A stretch of 64,000 nt of DNA from Methanothermococcus sp. Ax23 (GCF_049075655.1 NZ_CP157522.1:832001-896000), one strand, 5' to 3'. Counted from the stretch's first letter, positions 54,285 to 64,000 are shown. A program made the numbers and translations. The notes: generated from the letters alone by a model not told the origin.

Positions 54285-55529
54285 TTATATTCCTTTTTTT
54301 AATATATCTATCGTATCCCCATAAATTACATTACTATTGCAAAAATTGGGGAGGTATTTTGCAGCTTTTCCAGAATTGGTGGCAATATTTTTATAACCCA
54401 TATCCTCAACTGGTGCCACAACCATACAAGTATCACATACGATTTTTCCACCGGCATTTTCTATAATATCTGTATATCCCATCCTATCGGCTATCGATTT
54501 TATATGAATTGATGTGCATATCCATAAATCACATTTAAATCTATTATTTTTATTTAGGTTATTTTTTAATATAAAATCTACAACTTCCGTTATCTCTTCT
54601 AAACTACAATGTGGGCATCCTATACATATTAAATCAGGGCATTCAGCAGAATTTAGAGATTCGTATTCATTTTTAATATCATCATCTGTTATGGTTATTT
54701 TTTCGATTTCTTTATAGTTACTTTCTTCAATTTTTCCCATTACAATTTTAGCCTCTGGTGTAATGTTCTCGACATGATACAGTGCAACACCACCACTTGC
54801 AGCAAGGGATGCTCCAAGGCCTTTTAATTTGTAGGATTTGTATGAGCTCACATCATCAATATCCAATTTTTTAAATTTAAAGTATGGAACTCCATTTTTT
54901 ACAATCTTTCCAACGATAGAGCCCAGAGCTCCGTAATCGGATAGTTTTGTTATTTCCGCATCCACCTCAATTATATGTGTGGGAATTCTATTTTCATCAA
55001 GATGGTATCCATAATATGGGGTTTTTCCAAGTATGGCAGAAGCCAGTGCAGATGGTCCTCCCTCACGGTTTGTCCGAGCTCCGATAATTGAATTTGCATA
55101 GGATACCGCAGAGGATTCAGCCCATGAAATGTGGGAACCAAATATGGGAACATTTCCAGATAAATAAGGTGTGCATGTGCATCCTATTTCTATGCTCATT
55201 TTTTTAAAGCACTCAATCACTTCAAGTTGTTTTTTTGCAAACTCTTTTGGGAATCCGAGCTCTACATATTTATCTAAATCCATGCCCGCAGGGTTTAGTG
55301 TTGTGGGGACGGATACTTTAATGTTGCTATTGGACATATCTTTCAGGAATTCTAAACCTTTTTCCCCTATTGTTTTATAGGATACACCAGAAACCTGTGC
55401 CGATGAGATAGGTATAAGTTTCTCTGCACCGTATATGTCTCCCAAGGACACTAAAAGGTTCATGCAGGTTTCAAGGATTTCCCCATATTCTCCGTTATAT
55501 ATTTTTTCCTCTTCTTTTGTGAGAAACAT
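54285..55529 (-). CDS. Aconitase X large subunit (phosphomevalonate dehydratase-like)
   Basis: SGVSYK, TCTPY, WAESSA, GARTN, IGCPHCS, DTCMVV, TNSGK. Confidence 0.88.
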   Translation of the reverse strand: MFLTKEEEKIYNGEYGEILETCMNLLVSLGDIYGAEKLIPISSAQVSGVSYKTIGEKGLEFLKDMSNSNIKVSVPTTLNPAGMDLDKYVELGFPKEFAKKQLEVIECFKKMSIEIGCTCTPYLSGNVPIFGSHISWAESSAVSYANSIIGARTNREGGPSALASAILGKTPYYGYHLDENRIPTHIIEVDAEITKLSDYGALGSIVGKIVKNGVPYFKFKKLDIDDVSSYKSYKLKGLGASLAASGGVALYHVENITPEAKIVMGKIEESNYKEIEKITITDDDIKNEYESLNSAECPDLICIGCPHCSLEEITEVVDFILKNNLNKNNRFKCDLWICTSIHIKSIADRMGYTDIIENAGGKIVCDTCMVVAPVEDMGYKNIATNSGKAAKYLPNFCNSNVIYGDTIDILKKGI

Positions 55530-55564
55530 TATTTCACCGTTTATTATGTATTTTTAATAACTTT

Positions 55565-56548
55565 TTATTTTTTATATGACCTACTTTTTAATTTTCTCAT
55601 GTAAAATATATTATTGTCATACTCCAATTTTATCAATTTATCCTCTTTTATTAATCTTTCTACAATATCCCAGCCAACATTTGCCTTATTTATCAGCTCT
55701 TCAACGGCTTCCTCCCTCATAGGATGAACAGAAGTAATAGACAGTAAATCCTCCTCGATATTTCCAGAATATGCGAATTCGTTGCCCTCATAACCTATTA
55801 GATACTCGATTTTATCCAATCCAATAATTTTGGAAAATATTTGAAATACTCTGTTTATGGTTTCTTCATTTGCAGGTTTGATTTTTTCAGCAGGGGGTCT
55901 TATGGGGATGCTTATATAACATTTATTTGGAGACAGTTTCTTTAAAAATCTTGCAGTATCTTTTATCACTTCGTCAGTGTAGTTTATTCCGTCCAATAAC
56001 ATGGTTTCAGTTATTATTTTTCCCTTAAACTCTTTTTTAAACTTCAATATTCCTTCAAGAATATCATTTAGATTTAAATCTTTGTGGGGTCTATCAATTA
56101 TTTTCCAGAGCTCTCCATCAACAGCATTTATTTTTAAAGAAACTAAATCAAAATCCATTAAGTCCTTTCTGACATCTTCCCTATACATTAAGGAGGTATT
56201 TGTGATTATGGCAATGGGAATATTTAATTTTTTTAACTCCTCAACTTCTTTTTTTAGATTAATATCAAGGGTAGGTTCTCCGTCTGGGACATATGTAATA
56301 TAATCAATTTTCTCATTTCTATTTTTTAGATTGTTTATTCTTTTTTCAACAGATTGAATTATATCCTCTACTTTATAAAATGCTCGTCTTTTTATGGTTT
56401 TATTTAGCGTTCTCCCCACTTGGCAGTATATGCAGTCATAACTGCAAAATTTATTTGGAATGTTGTTTATTCCCAAACTTTTTCTAAGTCTTCTTGATGG
56501 AACAGGTCCAAATGCTATTTTGTCCTTATCAGCTTTGAAATATTCCAT
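55565..56548 (-). CDS. Radical SAM protein
   Basis: FGPVPSRRL, CSYDCIYCQ, GEPTL. Confidence 0.88.
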   Translation of the reverse strand: MEYFKADKDKIAFGPVPSRRLRKSLGINNIPNKFCSYDCIYCQVGRTLNKTIKRRAFYKVEDIIQSVEKRINNLKNRNEKIDYITYVPDGEPTLDINLKKEVEELKKLNIPIAIITNTSLMYREDVRKDLMDFDLVSLKINAVDGELWKIIDRPHKDLNLNDILEGILKFKKEFKGKIITETMLLDGINYTDEVIKDTARFLKKLSPNKCYISIPIRPPAEKIKPANEETINRVFQIFSKIIGLDKIEYLIGYEGNEFAYSGNIEEDLLSITSVHPMREEAVEELINKANVGWDIVERLIKEDKLIKLEYDNNIFYMRKLKSRSYKK

Positions 56549-56623
56549 AGTTTTCCTTTTATTTTTTAGTTTTTATTTTTATTTCTTATTTTATGTTAAT
56601 TTTTATTATGGCTTTTGTTATAT

Positions 56624-57838
56624 TTATTTCGTTTTATTTACTATTTTTCCGTTAATCTCGCCAACGACCTTTAAAACACTTAAAGCAACGCCTTCAACTT
56701 CAATTCCTCCTTTCCCTTTAACCCCATCTCCAACAAGATATAGTTTATCATTAACAATAGGATTTAAATCTGTTCCATTTGAAGCATGATTCACAGGTAT
56801 TTCATCTCTGTATGATTGTATGTGGAGAATTTCATAATTATTTATATTATTTTCGCTGAATAACTGTTCTATGTCATTTAAAACAATATCTATTTCATTT
56901 TTAACATTATCTTTAATCTGCGTCGCATGAGCCATTATTAAATTATATCCTTCTTTCGCAAGGTTTTTATCAACATTTGATGGACAGTTTAAACCGTTTA
57001 TTCTTTCACACTCTGGCGTAAATAAAACTCCATTATGTTCTATAAATTTTTCTTTACATCCTATGGATACTTTTATGCCCTTTGAAGGGATGGGTTCCTT
57101 TCCGTTTATTATTTTTATATTGGATATATTTTCTGTTAGTTTTGGTGATAAATTGCTTATTATTATGTCAAATTCCTCGGAGTCAATATATCCTTTGTCG
57201 TTATCAATTTCTATCCTTTTAACTTCATAATTTGTAATTATTTTTCCATTATTGTTTTTTATCACTCTCACGAGCTCATCAATCACCCCCTTGCACCCAC
57301 CAATGGGCATTCCAGGACCTCCAAATTTATGATAGTTCTGAGTTATTTCAAGTATTTCTTCCATTGGGGTATCATAGGCGTTTAAACTTAAAGCCCAACC
57401 TGTGAATGAGTTTCCAATATCCAATGCCAGCGGAATGTCCTCTAAAAATTCCCCAAATGATATATTTTTATCCACCCTCCCAATTTTCAAGTTGGCAGCC
57501 ATTTTTAGACCTTTTATCTTATCCTTTAATCCTACGAGATTAAATATATTCTTGTATGGATGATTCTTTTTATTTACTCTAAAAAGACCATCGGGATTGG
57601 AATTCACAATATTGACATTACATCCGGCTTTATTTAACAGCTGTGCCAAATATCCATCTGCCCCGTGTGGTATCATGTGTAGAGCTCCTGTGGTAAGTTG
57701 ATACCCTTGATATTCGATATTTGTAAATCTTCCACCAACAATGGGTAATTTTTCATAAATAACCACTTCGTTTTCTTTTGAAAGTAAGGCTCCTGCCAAT
57801 AAACCGCCTAATCCTGCTCCAACTATTCCTATTTTCAT
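56624..57838 (-). CDS. FAD-dependent oxidoreductase (phytoene desaturase-like)
   Basis: GAGLGG, EK...GGR, TTGALH, VGD. Confidence 0.8.
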   Translation of the reverse strand: MKIGIVGAGLGGLLAGALLSKENEVVIYEKLPIVGGRFTNIEYQGYQLTTGALHMIPHGADGYLAQLLNKAGCNVNIVNSNPDGLFRVNKKNHPYKNIFNLVGLKDKIKGLKMAANLKIGRVDKNISFGEFLEDIPLALDIGNSFTGWALSLNAYDTPMEEILEITQNYHKFGGPGMPIGGCKGVIDELVRVIKNNNGKIITNYEVKRIEIDNDKGYIDSEEFDIIISNLSPKLTENISNIKIINGKEPIPSKGIKVSIGCKEKFIEHNGVLFTPECERINGLNCPSNVDKNLAKEGYNLIMAHATQIKDNVKNEIDIVLNDIEQLFSENNINNYEILHIQSYRDEIPVNHASNGTDLNPIVNDKLYLVGDGVKGKGGIEVEGVALSVLKVVGEINGKIVNKTK

Positions 57839-57929
57839 ACTATCGCCCATATTATTTAAAAAAGTAAGAAAACAATAAATAAAATAATATTAAAAATAAT
57901 ATTAAAATCAAAATAAGATAAAGAATTTT

Positions 57930-58057
57930 ATCCCAAAACAGATTGGGTTCATATAAACCTATCGAACCGAATATTTACAATGAAACTTGATTTCGTCTAT
58001 TTTTTAGTTTTGGGATTTTGTAGTAAAGCGGAGACTTAAAACTTCGGTTTAGTCTAA
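57930..58057. repeat. Composite nested palindromic element
   Basis: ATCCCAAAAC (57930)/GTTTTGGGAT (58007) enclosing an imperfect ATTGGGTTC/GAACCGAAT stem and CAATGAAA..TTTCGTCTA; followed by AGACT..AGTCTAA. Confidence 0.6.
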
Positions 58058-58068
58058 TTAATATATAT

Positions 58069-59295
58069 TTAAGCATACATCACATGTAATGGTGGTGCGT
58101 TTGCTCTGTCATCTTTCTTTTTAGCCCATACTTTTTCAATGGCTGTTAAGAAGTCGTCCATCGTTACATATTCTCTTCCGTCCCTTATGGCAAACATACC
58201 AGCTTCCGTGCATATTGCTTTTAAATCTGCACCAACACAACCTTCTGTCATTTCTGCTACCTTTTTTAAATCCACATGCTTTAAATTCATGTTTTTTGTA
58301 TGGATTTTTAAGATATCCAACCTTCCCTCTTCGCTTGGTGCGGGAACCTCGATTATTCTATCGAATCTACCGGGTCTCAATATGGCAGGGTCAAGTATAT
58401 CAGGTCTGTTTGTAGCGGCTATAATCTTTACATCGCCTTTTGATTCAAATCCATCCATTTCAGCAAGAAGTTGCATGAGTGTCCTCTGAACTTCCCTATC
58501 TCCACCAGTTAATGACTCTGTTCTTCTGCTTGCTACTGCATCTATTTCATCAATGAATATGATACATGGTGCTTTTTCCTTGGCTAACTTGAATACATCC
58601 CTTACAAGTTTTGCCCCCTCGCCTATGAATTTTTTAACGAGCTCGGAACCAACAATCTTTATAAATGATGCATTAGTTTCATGAGCAACTGCCTTTGCAA
58701 GAAGGGTTTTACCTGTTCCCGGAGGTCCATATAATAAAACCCCCTTAGGTGGTTCAATACCTACTTTTTCGAATAATTCGGGGTGTGTTAACGGGAGCTC
58801 TACAACTTCCTTAACTTCTTTTATCTGTTCTTCCAATCCCCCTATGTCGCTAAATGATATATCCGGTCTTTCATCAACTTCCATTGCCATTGCCCTATAA
58901 TCTTTTTCCTTAGGCAAGACATCCACAACAGCCAGAGTTTGCTGATTTAAACAAACTCTTGCACCTGGAACAATTTCATCTTTATTTACGAACTGTGAGA
59001 TGCTTACAAGGAAACTTGGACCTGTCGAGCTCTTTACAACTACCTTTCTATCATTTACTTTATCAATTACTGTTCCAAGTATTAATGGTGGAATTCTGAG
59101 TTTATCTAATTCTCTTTTAAGAATCTCGTTTTCTTTTTTCAACTGTGCATTTTCTCTATTTAAATCTTTATTTTCCAATTCCATCCTTAATACTTTACTC
59201 TCTAACTCCGCAATATATGTCTTTTCCTTAAATTCTTCAATATTTATTTCATTTTTCTCTTCAACATCGTCGTTCTCGTAGCTTGGAAATACCAT
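58069..59295 (-). CDS. pan: Proteasome-activating nucleotidase
   Basis: Coiled coil, [27 protein letters not shown], HbYX tail MYA; GGAGGT RBS. Confidence 0.95.
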   Translation of the reverse strand: MVFPSYENDDVEEKNEINIEEFKEKTYIAELESKVLRMELENKDLNRENAQLKKENEILKRELDKLRIPPLILGTVIDKVNDRKVVVKSSTGPSFLVSISQFVNKDEIVPGARVCLNQQTLAVVDVLPKEKDYRAMAMEVDERPDISFSDIGGLEEQIKEVKEVVELPLTHPELFEKVGIEPPKGVLLYGPPGTGKTLLAKAVAHETNASFIKIVGSELVKKFIGEGAKLVRDVFKLAKEKAPCIIFIDEIDAVASRRTESLTGGDREVQRTLMQLLAEMDGFESKGDVKIIAATNRPDILDPAILRPGRFDRIIEVPAPSEEGRLDILKIHTKNMNLKHVDLKKVAEMTEGCVGADLKAICTEAGMFAIRDGREYVTMDDFLTAIEKVWAKKKDDRANAPPLHVMYA

Positions 59296-59524
59296 AAGAT
59301 ATACCTCCATGTAAATAATAATCATGATATAATTTAAATTAATATGGTGAATAGATAATAATTATAATTATTAATAAATCAATGAAGATATATATATGTA
59401 ATGGTTGAAGGCAATTACCTTCCTTTCTAAATATTATTTTATATATTTCATTAAATTAATATATCGGTAGGTATTTATAATTAATGGATGGTTATGTCAT
59501 CATTATTTAAATTAGGTGAGTATT

Positions 59525-60004
59525 ATGCAGTGTGAATTATGTGGAAAAGAAGTCAATAAACTTACACCTGTAAGGATTGAAGGTGTAGAAATGCAAGTAT
59601 GTGATGAATGTGCTAAGTTTGGAGTAGCTCCAAAGAGTTATTCAAGAAAACCTAAAACAGTTCTTGGAAGGGGAGCTCCTCAAACAAAAAAGACTAATCG
59701 ACCTAAAAGAGATTTATTTGATAGTTTAAAAATAATAGTAGAAGATTATGGGGATGTCATAAAAGAGGCAAGGATGAAAAAAGGAATGGATTTAAAAGAA
59801 CTGGCAAAAAGGGTAGGTATCAAGGAATCAACACTTCACAAAATTGAAAGAAACGAACTGGAACCAGAAGAAAAATATGTAAAGAGATTGGAAAAAGAAT
59901 TAAATATTTCATTATATGAAGAGGGAGAGCAGGATTATAATGCGAGCTCTTCAAGGGATGAATTCACATTAGGGGATTTTGTGAAGATTAAAAAAAGAAA
60001 GTAA
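59525..60004 (+). CDS. Archaeal multiprotein bridging factor 1 (Zn ribbon plus HTH)
   Basis: CELCG..CDEC, HTH, TLGD C-terminal motif; divergent from pan. Confidence 0.88.
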   Translation: MQCELCGKEVNKLTPVRIEGVEMQVCDECAKFGVAPKSYSRKPKTVLGRGAPQTKKTNRPKRDLFDSLKIIVEDYGDVIKEARMKKGMDLKELAKRVGIKESTLHKIERNELEPEEKYVKRLEKELNISLYEEGEQDYNASSSRDEFTLGDFVKIKKRK

Positions 60005-60030
60005 TAATGGATAATAATTATCTTATTATC

Positions 60031-60819
60031 TTAATTAATTTCTGTTCCCCTAACCTCTCCAATTAATGCACTATATATATTTCCTTTTTTATTTCCATTG
60101 AAGATTATTGTTTTAATACCTGAGTTATAAGATTCCATGACTTTTAAATACATTCCACCAGTGATATCGTTTTTATCAGATGGTTTTAGGTATTTTAAAA
60201 CATTGTTAATATTTTCTGAATTGATTTTTTCTATAACATTGTTGTTGGAATCAAGCACGCCATCCACATCAGAAGCATGAAGGCTTAGGTTTGGTTTTAA
60301 TTTTTTTGTTAGATAAGGCAGTGCATGGTCTCCTGAAAATATTTTATAATTACTCTCACCATCTAATACTATATCGCCGTGAATTACAGGAATCAAACCT
60401 CTTTTAATCATACCCTCTATTGCATAAGTGTCAAAATGGATTTCGCCTTTATCAAATGCTATAAATGAAGAAGGCTGTATAGAAACTGCTGGAATGTCAT
60501 AATCATGAAGATTGTTAATTACAATATTGTTGAATTTTCTCATGGCTTTTTGAATGTCCCAGAATCCTTTTTCCATATTGTAAAATTCTTTTTTATTATT
60601 ATTTTTATTATCTTTATTTAGATATTTCTTTGCGACGGGATGACCAAAAGAACCTCCGCCGTGTATAATGATTAAATTTAATTTATCATCGTTAGTATCA
60701 TAATAGTCAATAGCATTTCTTATTTCCATAGAAATTCGTTCTAAATTATCCCATTTAATAGAAAAAGGAACGTTCTTATCGCATAAAATACTTCCGCCAA
60801 GTTTAAGAATCGCAAGCAT
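60031..60819 (-). CDS. ipk: Isopentenyl phosphate kinase
   Basis: LKLGGS, HGGGSFGH, HGD, SGD, DITGGM. Confidence 0.9.
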   Translation of the reverse strand: MLAILKLGGSILCDKNVPFSIKWDNLERISMEIRNAIDYYDTNDDKLNLIIIHGGGSFGHPVAKKYLNKDNKNNNKKEFYNMEKGFWDIQKAMRKFNNIVINNLHDYDIPAVSIQPSSFIAFDKGEIHFDTYAIEGMIKRGLIPVIHGDIVLDGESNYKIFSGDHALPYLTKKLKPNLSLHASDVDGVLDSNNNVIEKINSENINNVLKYLKPSDKNDITGGMYLKVMESYNSGIKTIIFNGNKKGNIYSALIGEVRGTEIN

Positions 60820-61056
60820 GGTATCACGTTTTAGGTCATGATGTAATAGCTGATTACCATATAATTATAAATTCGTTTGTAAGAGAATTCGATACTCTAA
60901 TGTGGGTATTATCAAAAAATTATGGACTTGTTCATCAAATAGTATAATAGTCAGTTGTAATGTCATGACCACGTTTTATTTTGATAGTAAGTTGATTAGT
61001 TTTATATTATAGTATAACCATACTGACATACTCCCACGACTGAAGTCGTGGGGTTC

Positions 61057-61106
61057 TCGCTTACGGTAGTAAGCGAGCAACGAAATCACGAAGTGATTTC
61101 GTCTAA
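61057..61106. repeat. 50-bp double-hairpin element between tnpB stop and the right-end hairpin
   Basis: TCGCTTAC-GGTA-GTAAGCGA GCAA CGAAATCAC-GAA-GTGATTTCG TCTAA. Confidence 0.85.
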
Positions 61107-61108
61107 TT

Positions 61109-62373
61109 TTAGTAGGGTCTAACCCTACATGGGTTGCCAAGCCCACTACCCCTATCTCCGTTTAGGAGATTTAGGGCTACGCTACATGAAAATACTTTTT
61201 TCAAAATATTTAAAGCAGCATTCACATCAGCATTCAAAACCATACCACACTCACTACAAACATATAATCCTCTAAACTTCCTATTACTTTTCCTAACAAC
61301 TCCACAATTACTGCAAGTTTGAGAAGTATAAGCTTCATTAACCTGTTCTACTGTTATTCCCTTTTCCTCTGCCTTATACATTATCATACTTACTAACCTA
61401 CCAAAAGGTATCCTATGCAGTTTCTCATTGTTCTTTCTACCAATATCAATACTTGAAATGCCTTTGTTTAACTTGCCGATTACAATCCTTGAAACTTTGT
61501 TATCCACTGCAAAATCAACAATCATCTTACTAACCTTATGCAAATAATCCTTAGTATAATTCTTTTCTCTTACTGTTAAGCATGATAATCGTTTATTATT
61601 CTTTAACTGTTTCCGTGTTAGTTTGGGCTGTAGTTTTCCCTTTGTTTTAGCAAACCATCGGAATTTAGAAATTAACTGTCTCCCATCGTAGATTACTGCA
61701 CTGCCCGTATTGGTTACTACTGTTGCTAAATTCTTAATTCCTAAATCAATACTTAGTATATTACCTTCTTTGATAGGTTCTTGAATTACTGGTTTCTTAT
61801 GGATTAAGTGAAGTATGTAGTAGGTTATCCCATAGATGGTCTGCGGAACTATCTCAACTTCTTTAACCTGCGTGGTATCAAGCGGTAGAGTTTTCGATAA
61901 ATCTACCCATAAGTACTTGGACTTGATAACATGCTTTTCTTTGAGATAGTTTTTAGTTTGTTTTGATAGGGATAACCTTAACTTATTGCCTATGATTTTG
62001 AAACCTTGTTTCTTCCATTTTACTGGAAAGTGTCCATCTTTTGGTTGGTATCGTGGTCTTTTAGTGTGCTGTTTGAAGTAGTTTTGCCATGCTATCGCTT
62101 GCGTAGCAAGCGAGCAACGAAAACCGAAGGTTTTCGTCTAATTGAGAGTTTTTGACATACTGCCTGTGCTGATTGTGAGTGTAGGTTTTTAAACCAGAAG
62201 TTATCCTTCATTTGAACATCTATTTTATTTGGTTCAATGTTTTGTAGTATTACTTCATAATTGGATGTATTCCAGAGTTTTGATGCTGAGTAGGTTAAAT
62301 GGTTTATGATTGTTAATTGTTCATTGGTTAGTTTTCTTGTTAGGTTTATTGTCAGCACTCTGGTTACTTGCAT
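61109..62373 (-). pseudogene. tnpB: TnpB (405 aa when restored), interrupted by a 47-bp insertion
   Basis: Removing 62095-62141 restores ...QKLSIAWQNYF... and a single ORF with ILSIDLG, NEAYTSQTCSNC, CSECG, NADVNAALNI. Confidence 0.92.
62095..62141. mobile_element. 47-bp double-hairpin insertion in tnpB
   Basis: TCGCTTGC-GTA-GCAAGCGA GCAA CGAAAACC-GAA-GGTTTTCG TCTAA; exact excision restores the frame; no TSD. Confidence 0.88.
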
Positions 62374-62661
62374 GGAATTCACCAAATTTATATATATGCC
62401 ATTATTCTAACTACACTCATATATTATATAGGGAGCATATAAAAAAATGATGTCCGCCTCTCATCCAATCTCGTAAGAGATTTTACAAAACCTTGTTTTG
62501 TATAACGATTAAAATCGTTGGAACCTTCTCGGCGGTTTATCGTAAATATATAATTAAGTATTACTTTAACGAAAATAAAAATTATAATAAAATAAAATAA
62601 ATATAAAACAAAAAAACAAAAATGTGAGATAATATAAGGGAATGTAAAGAATGGTGAAAAT

Positions 62662-64000
62662 ATGTTCATAAACGGAGAATGGGTTTTAAGGGATGATTTA
62701 AAAGTAATAAATCCATACACTCTTGAAACCATTGGGAATATCACTTCACTAAGTAGAAAAGAGACAAAGGAAGCAATTAAAATAGCCGAAGAACATAAAT
62801 CAGTTATGAAAAATCTTCCCCCATCGACCAGATACAGCATTTTGATGAATATAGCATCCGAAATACAGAAAAATAAGGAAAAACTGGCAAAAATTATATC
62901 CGTAGATGCTGGAAAGCCAATAAGGCAATCCATAATTGAAGTAGATAGAACCATTGGCACATTTAAATTTGCAGCATTTTATGCAAAGGAGCTCAGGGGG
63001 GAAACAATACCATTGGAAAATGGCATCATACTAACAAAAAGGGAGCCAGTGGGACTTATTGGAGCAATTACTCCTTTTAATTTCCCACTGAATTTAGTAG
63101 CTCATAAGGTAGCTCCCGCAATAGCAACAGGAAATAGTTTAGTTCTTCATCCATCATCAAAGGCTCCAATGGCGGCAATTGAATTAACAAAGATTATCGA
63201 AAAGGTTTTAAAAAGTAAAAATGTTCCATTGGGAGTATTTAACCTTTTAACTGGAATGGGGGATGTTGTAGGGGATGAAATAGTAAAAAACGATAAAATA
63301 AACATGGTTTCATTTACTGGAAGTGTGGAAGTGGGAGAATCCATTACAAAAAATGCAGGATTCAAAAAGATAACCTTAGAGCTCGGGGGCAATAATCCGA
63401 TGATTGTTTTAAAGGATGGAGATATAAAAAAGGCAGTTAAATCATGTGTTAGAGGAAAATTCTTAAATTCCGGGCAGGTTTGTATATCTGTTGGAAGGGT
63501 GCTTGTTGAGGATGAAGTTGCAGATGAGTTTATAAAGGGGGTAATTGAAGAAACAAAAAAATTAAAGGTTGGCAATCCGTTGGATAGGGAAACAGATATT
63601 GGGGCACTAATAACTCCTGAAAGTGCTGAAAGAGTGGAAAATTTAATAAACCAGTCTGTTGAGGAAGGAGGAAAAATACTGTATGGTGGGAAAAGGGAAA
63701 AATCCGTCGTTTATCCAACAATTATGGATGTAAATCACGATAACATATTATCAAAAATAGAGATTTTTGCACCAGTTTTGCCTATAATTAGAATTAAAGA
63801 TATGGATGAGGCATTACACTATGCAAATAATACAAAATATGGTCTTCATGCAGGTGTATTTACCAATGACATAAATAAGGCATTTAAACTTGCAGATGAG
63901 CTCGAATATGGAGGGGTTCTTATAAACAACAGCCCAACATTTAGAAGGGACAATATGCCATTTGGAGGAATCAAAAGAAGCGGAATGGGTAGAGAGGGTG
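62662..64000 (+). CDS. Aldehyde dehydrogenase (lactaldehyde dehydrogenase-like), runs off the window
   Basis: GGTGA RBS; MFINGEW, ITPFNFP, FTGS, LELGGN, SGQVC, EIFAP, PFGGIK. Confidence 0.88.
   Translation, partial: MFINGEWVLRDDLKVINPYTLETIGNITSLSRKETKEAIKIAEEHKSVMKNLPPSTRYSILMNIASEIQKNKEKLAKIISVDAGKPIRQSIIEVDRTIGTFKFAAFYAKELRGETIPLENGIILTKREPVGLIGAITPFNFPLNLVAHKVAPAIATGNSLVLHPSSKAPMAAIELTKIIEKVLKSKNVPLGVFNLLTGMGDVVGDEIVKNDKINMVSFTGSVEVGESITKNAGFKKITLELGGNNPMIVLKDGDIKKAVKSCVRGKFLNSGQVCISVGRVLVEDEVADEFIKGVIEETKKLKVGNPLDRETDIGALITPESAERVENLINQSVEEGGKILYGGKREKSVVYPTIMDVNHDNILSKIEIFAPVLPIIRIKDMDEALHYANNTKYGLHAGVFTNDINKAFKLADELEYGGVLINNSPTFRRDNMPFGGIKRSGMGREG

Larger units (their letters stand above)
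61023..62541 (-). mobile_element. IS200/IS605-family (IS1341-type, TnpB-only) element
   Basis: TTTAC immediately 5' of the left end; subterminal hairpins; right end ...GTGGGAGTATGTCAG; no TSD; no tnpA. Confidence 0.9.

Noticed and set aside
60835-60970. Possible C/D box sRNA or small ORF upstream of ipk
   Set aside because: TGATGA/CTGA-like boxes have the wrong spacing, and the 33-codon ORF has no support.
62424-63721. Minus-strand ORFs 62424-62960, 63147-63575 and 63530-63721
   Set aside because: Shadow ORFs antisense to the aldehyde dehydrogenase, which the track missed because it runs off the window.

Overview
AT-rich archaeal chromosome segment from a thermophilic Methanococcales methanogen (Methanothermococcus/Methanococcus-like; inferred from gene content, selenocysteine use and BpsA). 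Core content: tungsten formylmethanofuran dehydrogenase operon fwdHFGDAC, selenocysteine F420-reducing hydrogenase fruADGB with a 3' SECIS, class III ribonucleotide reductase nrdD, a complete archaellum operon flaB1B2B3CDEFGHIJ (flaC frameshifted in an A10 tract), and many housekeeping genes (gap, htpX, trm1, mfnF, argG, mdh, thyA, glmS, pan, ipk and others). The most unusual signals are non-coding and mobile. (1) A TnpB-only IS200/IS605 element (61023-62541) has a 369-bp sibling (37961-38329). The sibling lost almost all of tnpB but kept the 3' omega-RNA region plus a structured block from the middle of the tnpB CDS, with compensatory base changes and an apparent promoter, which suggests a bipartite or stand-alone guide RNA. 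(2) A family of 47-50 bp double-hairpin inserts is present, one of which cleanly interrupts tnpB. (3) A perfect 7.5 x 112-bp tandem array duplicates the 3' end of nrdD plus a palindrome. (4) The palindrome GAGCTC is strongly over-represented across the window while GATC is rare. All counts and alignments were done by eye.
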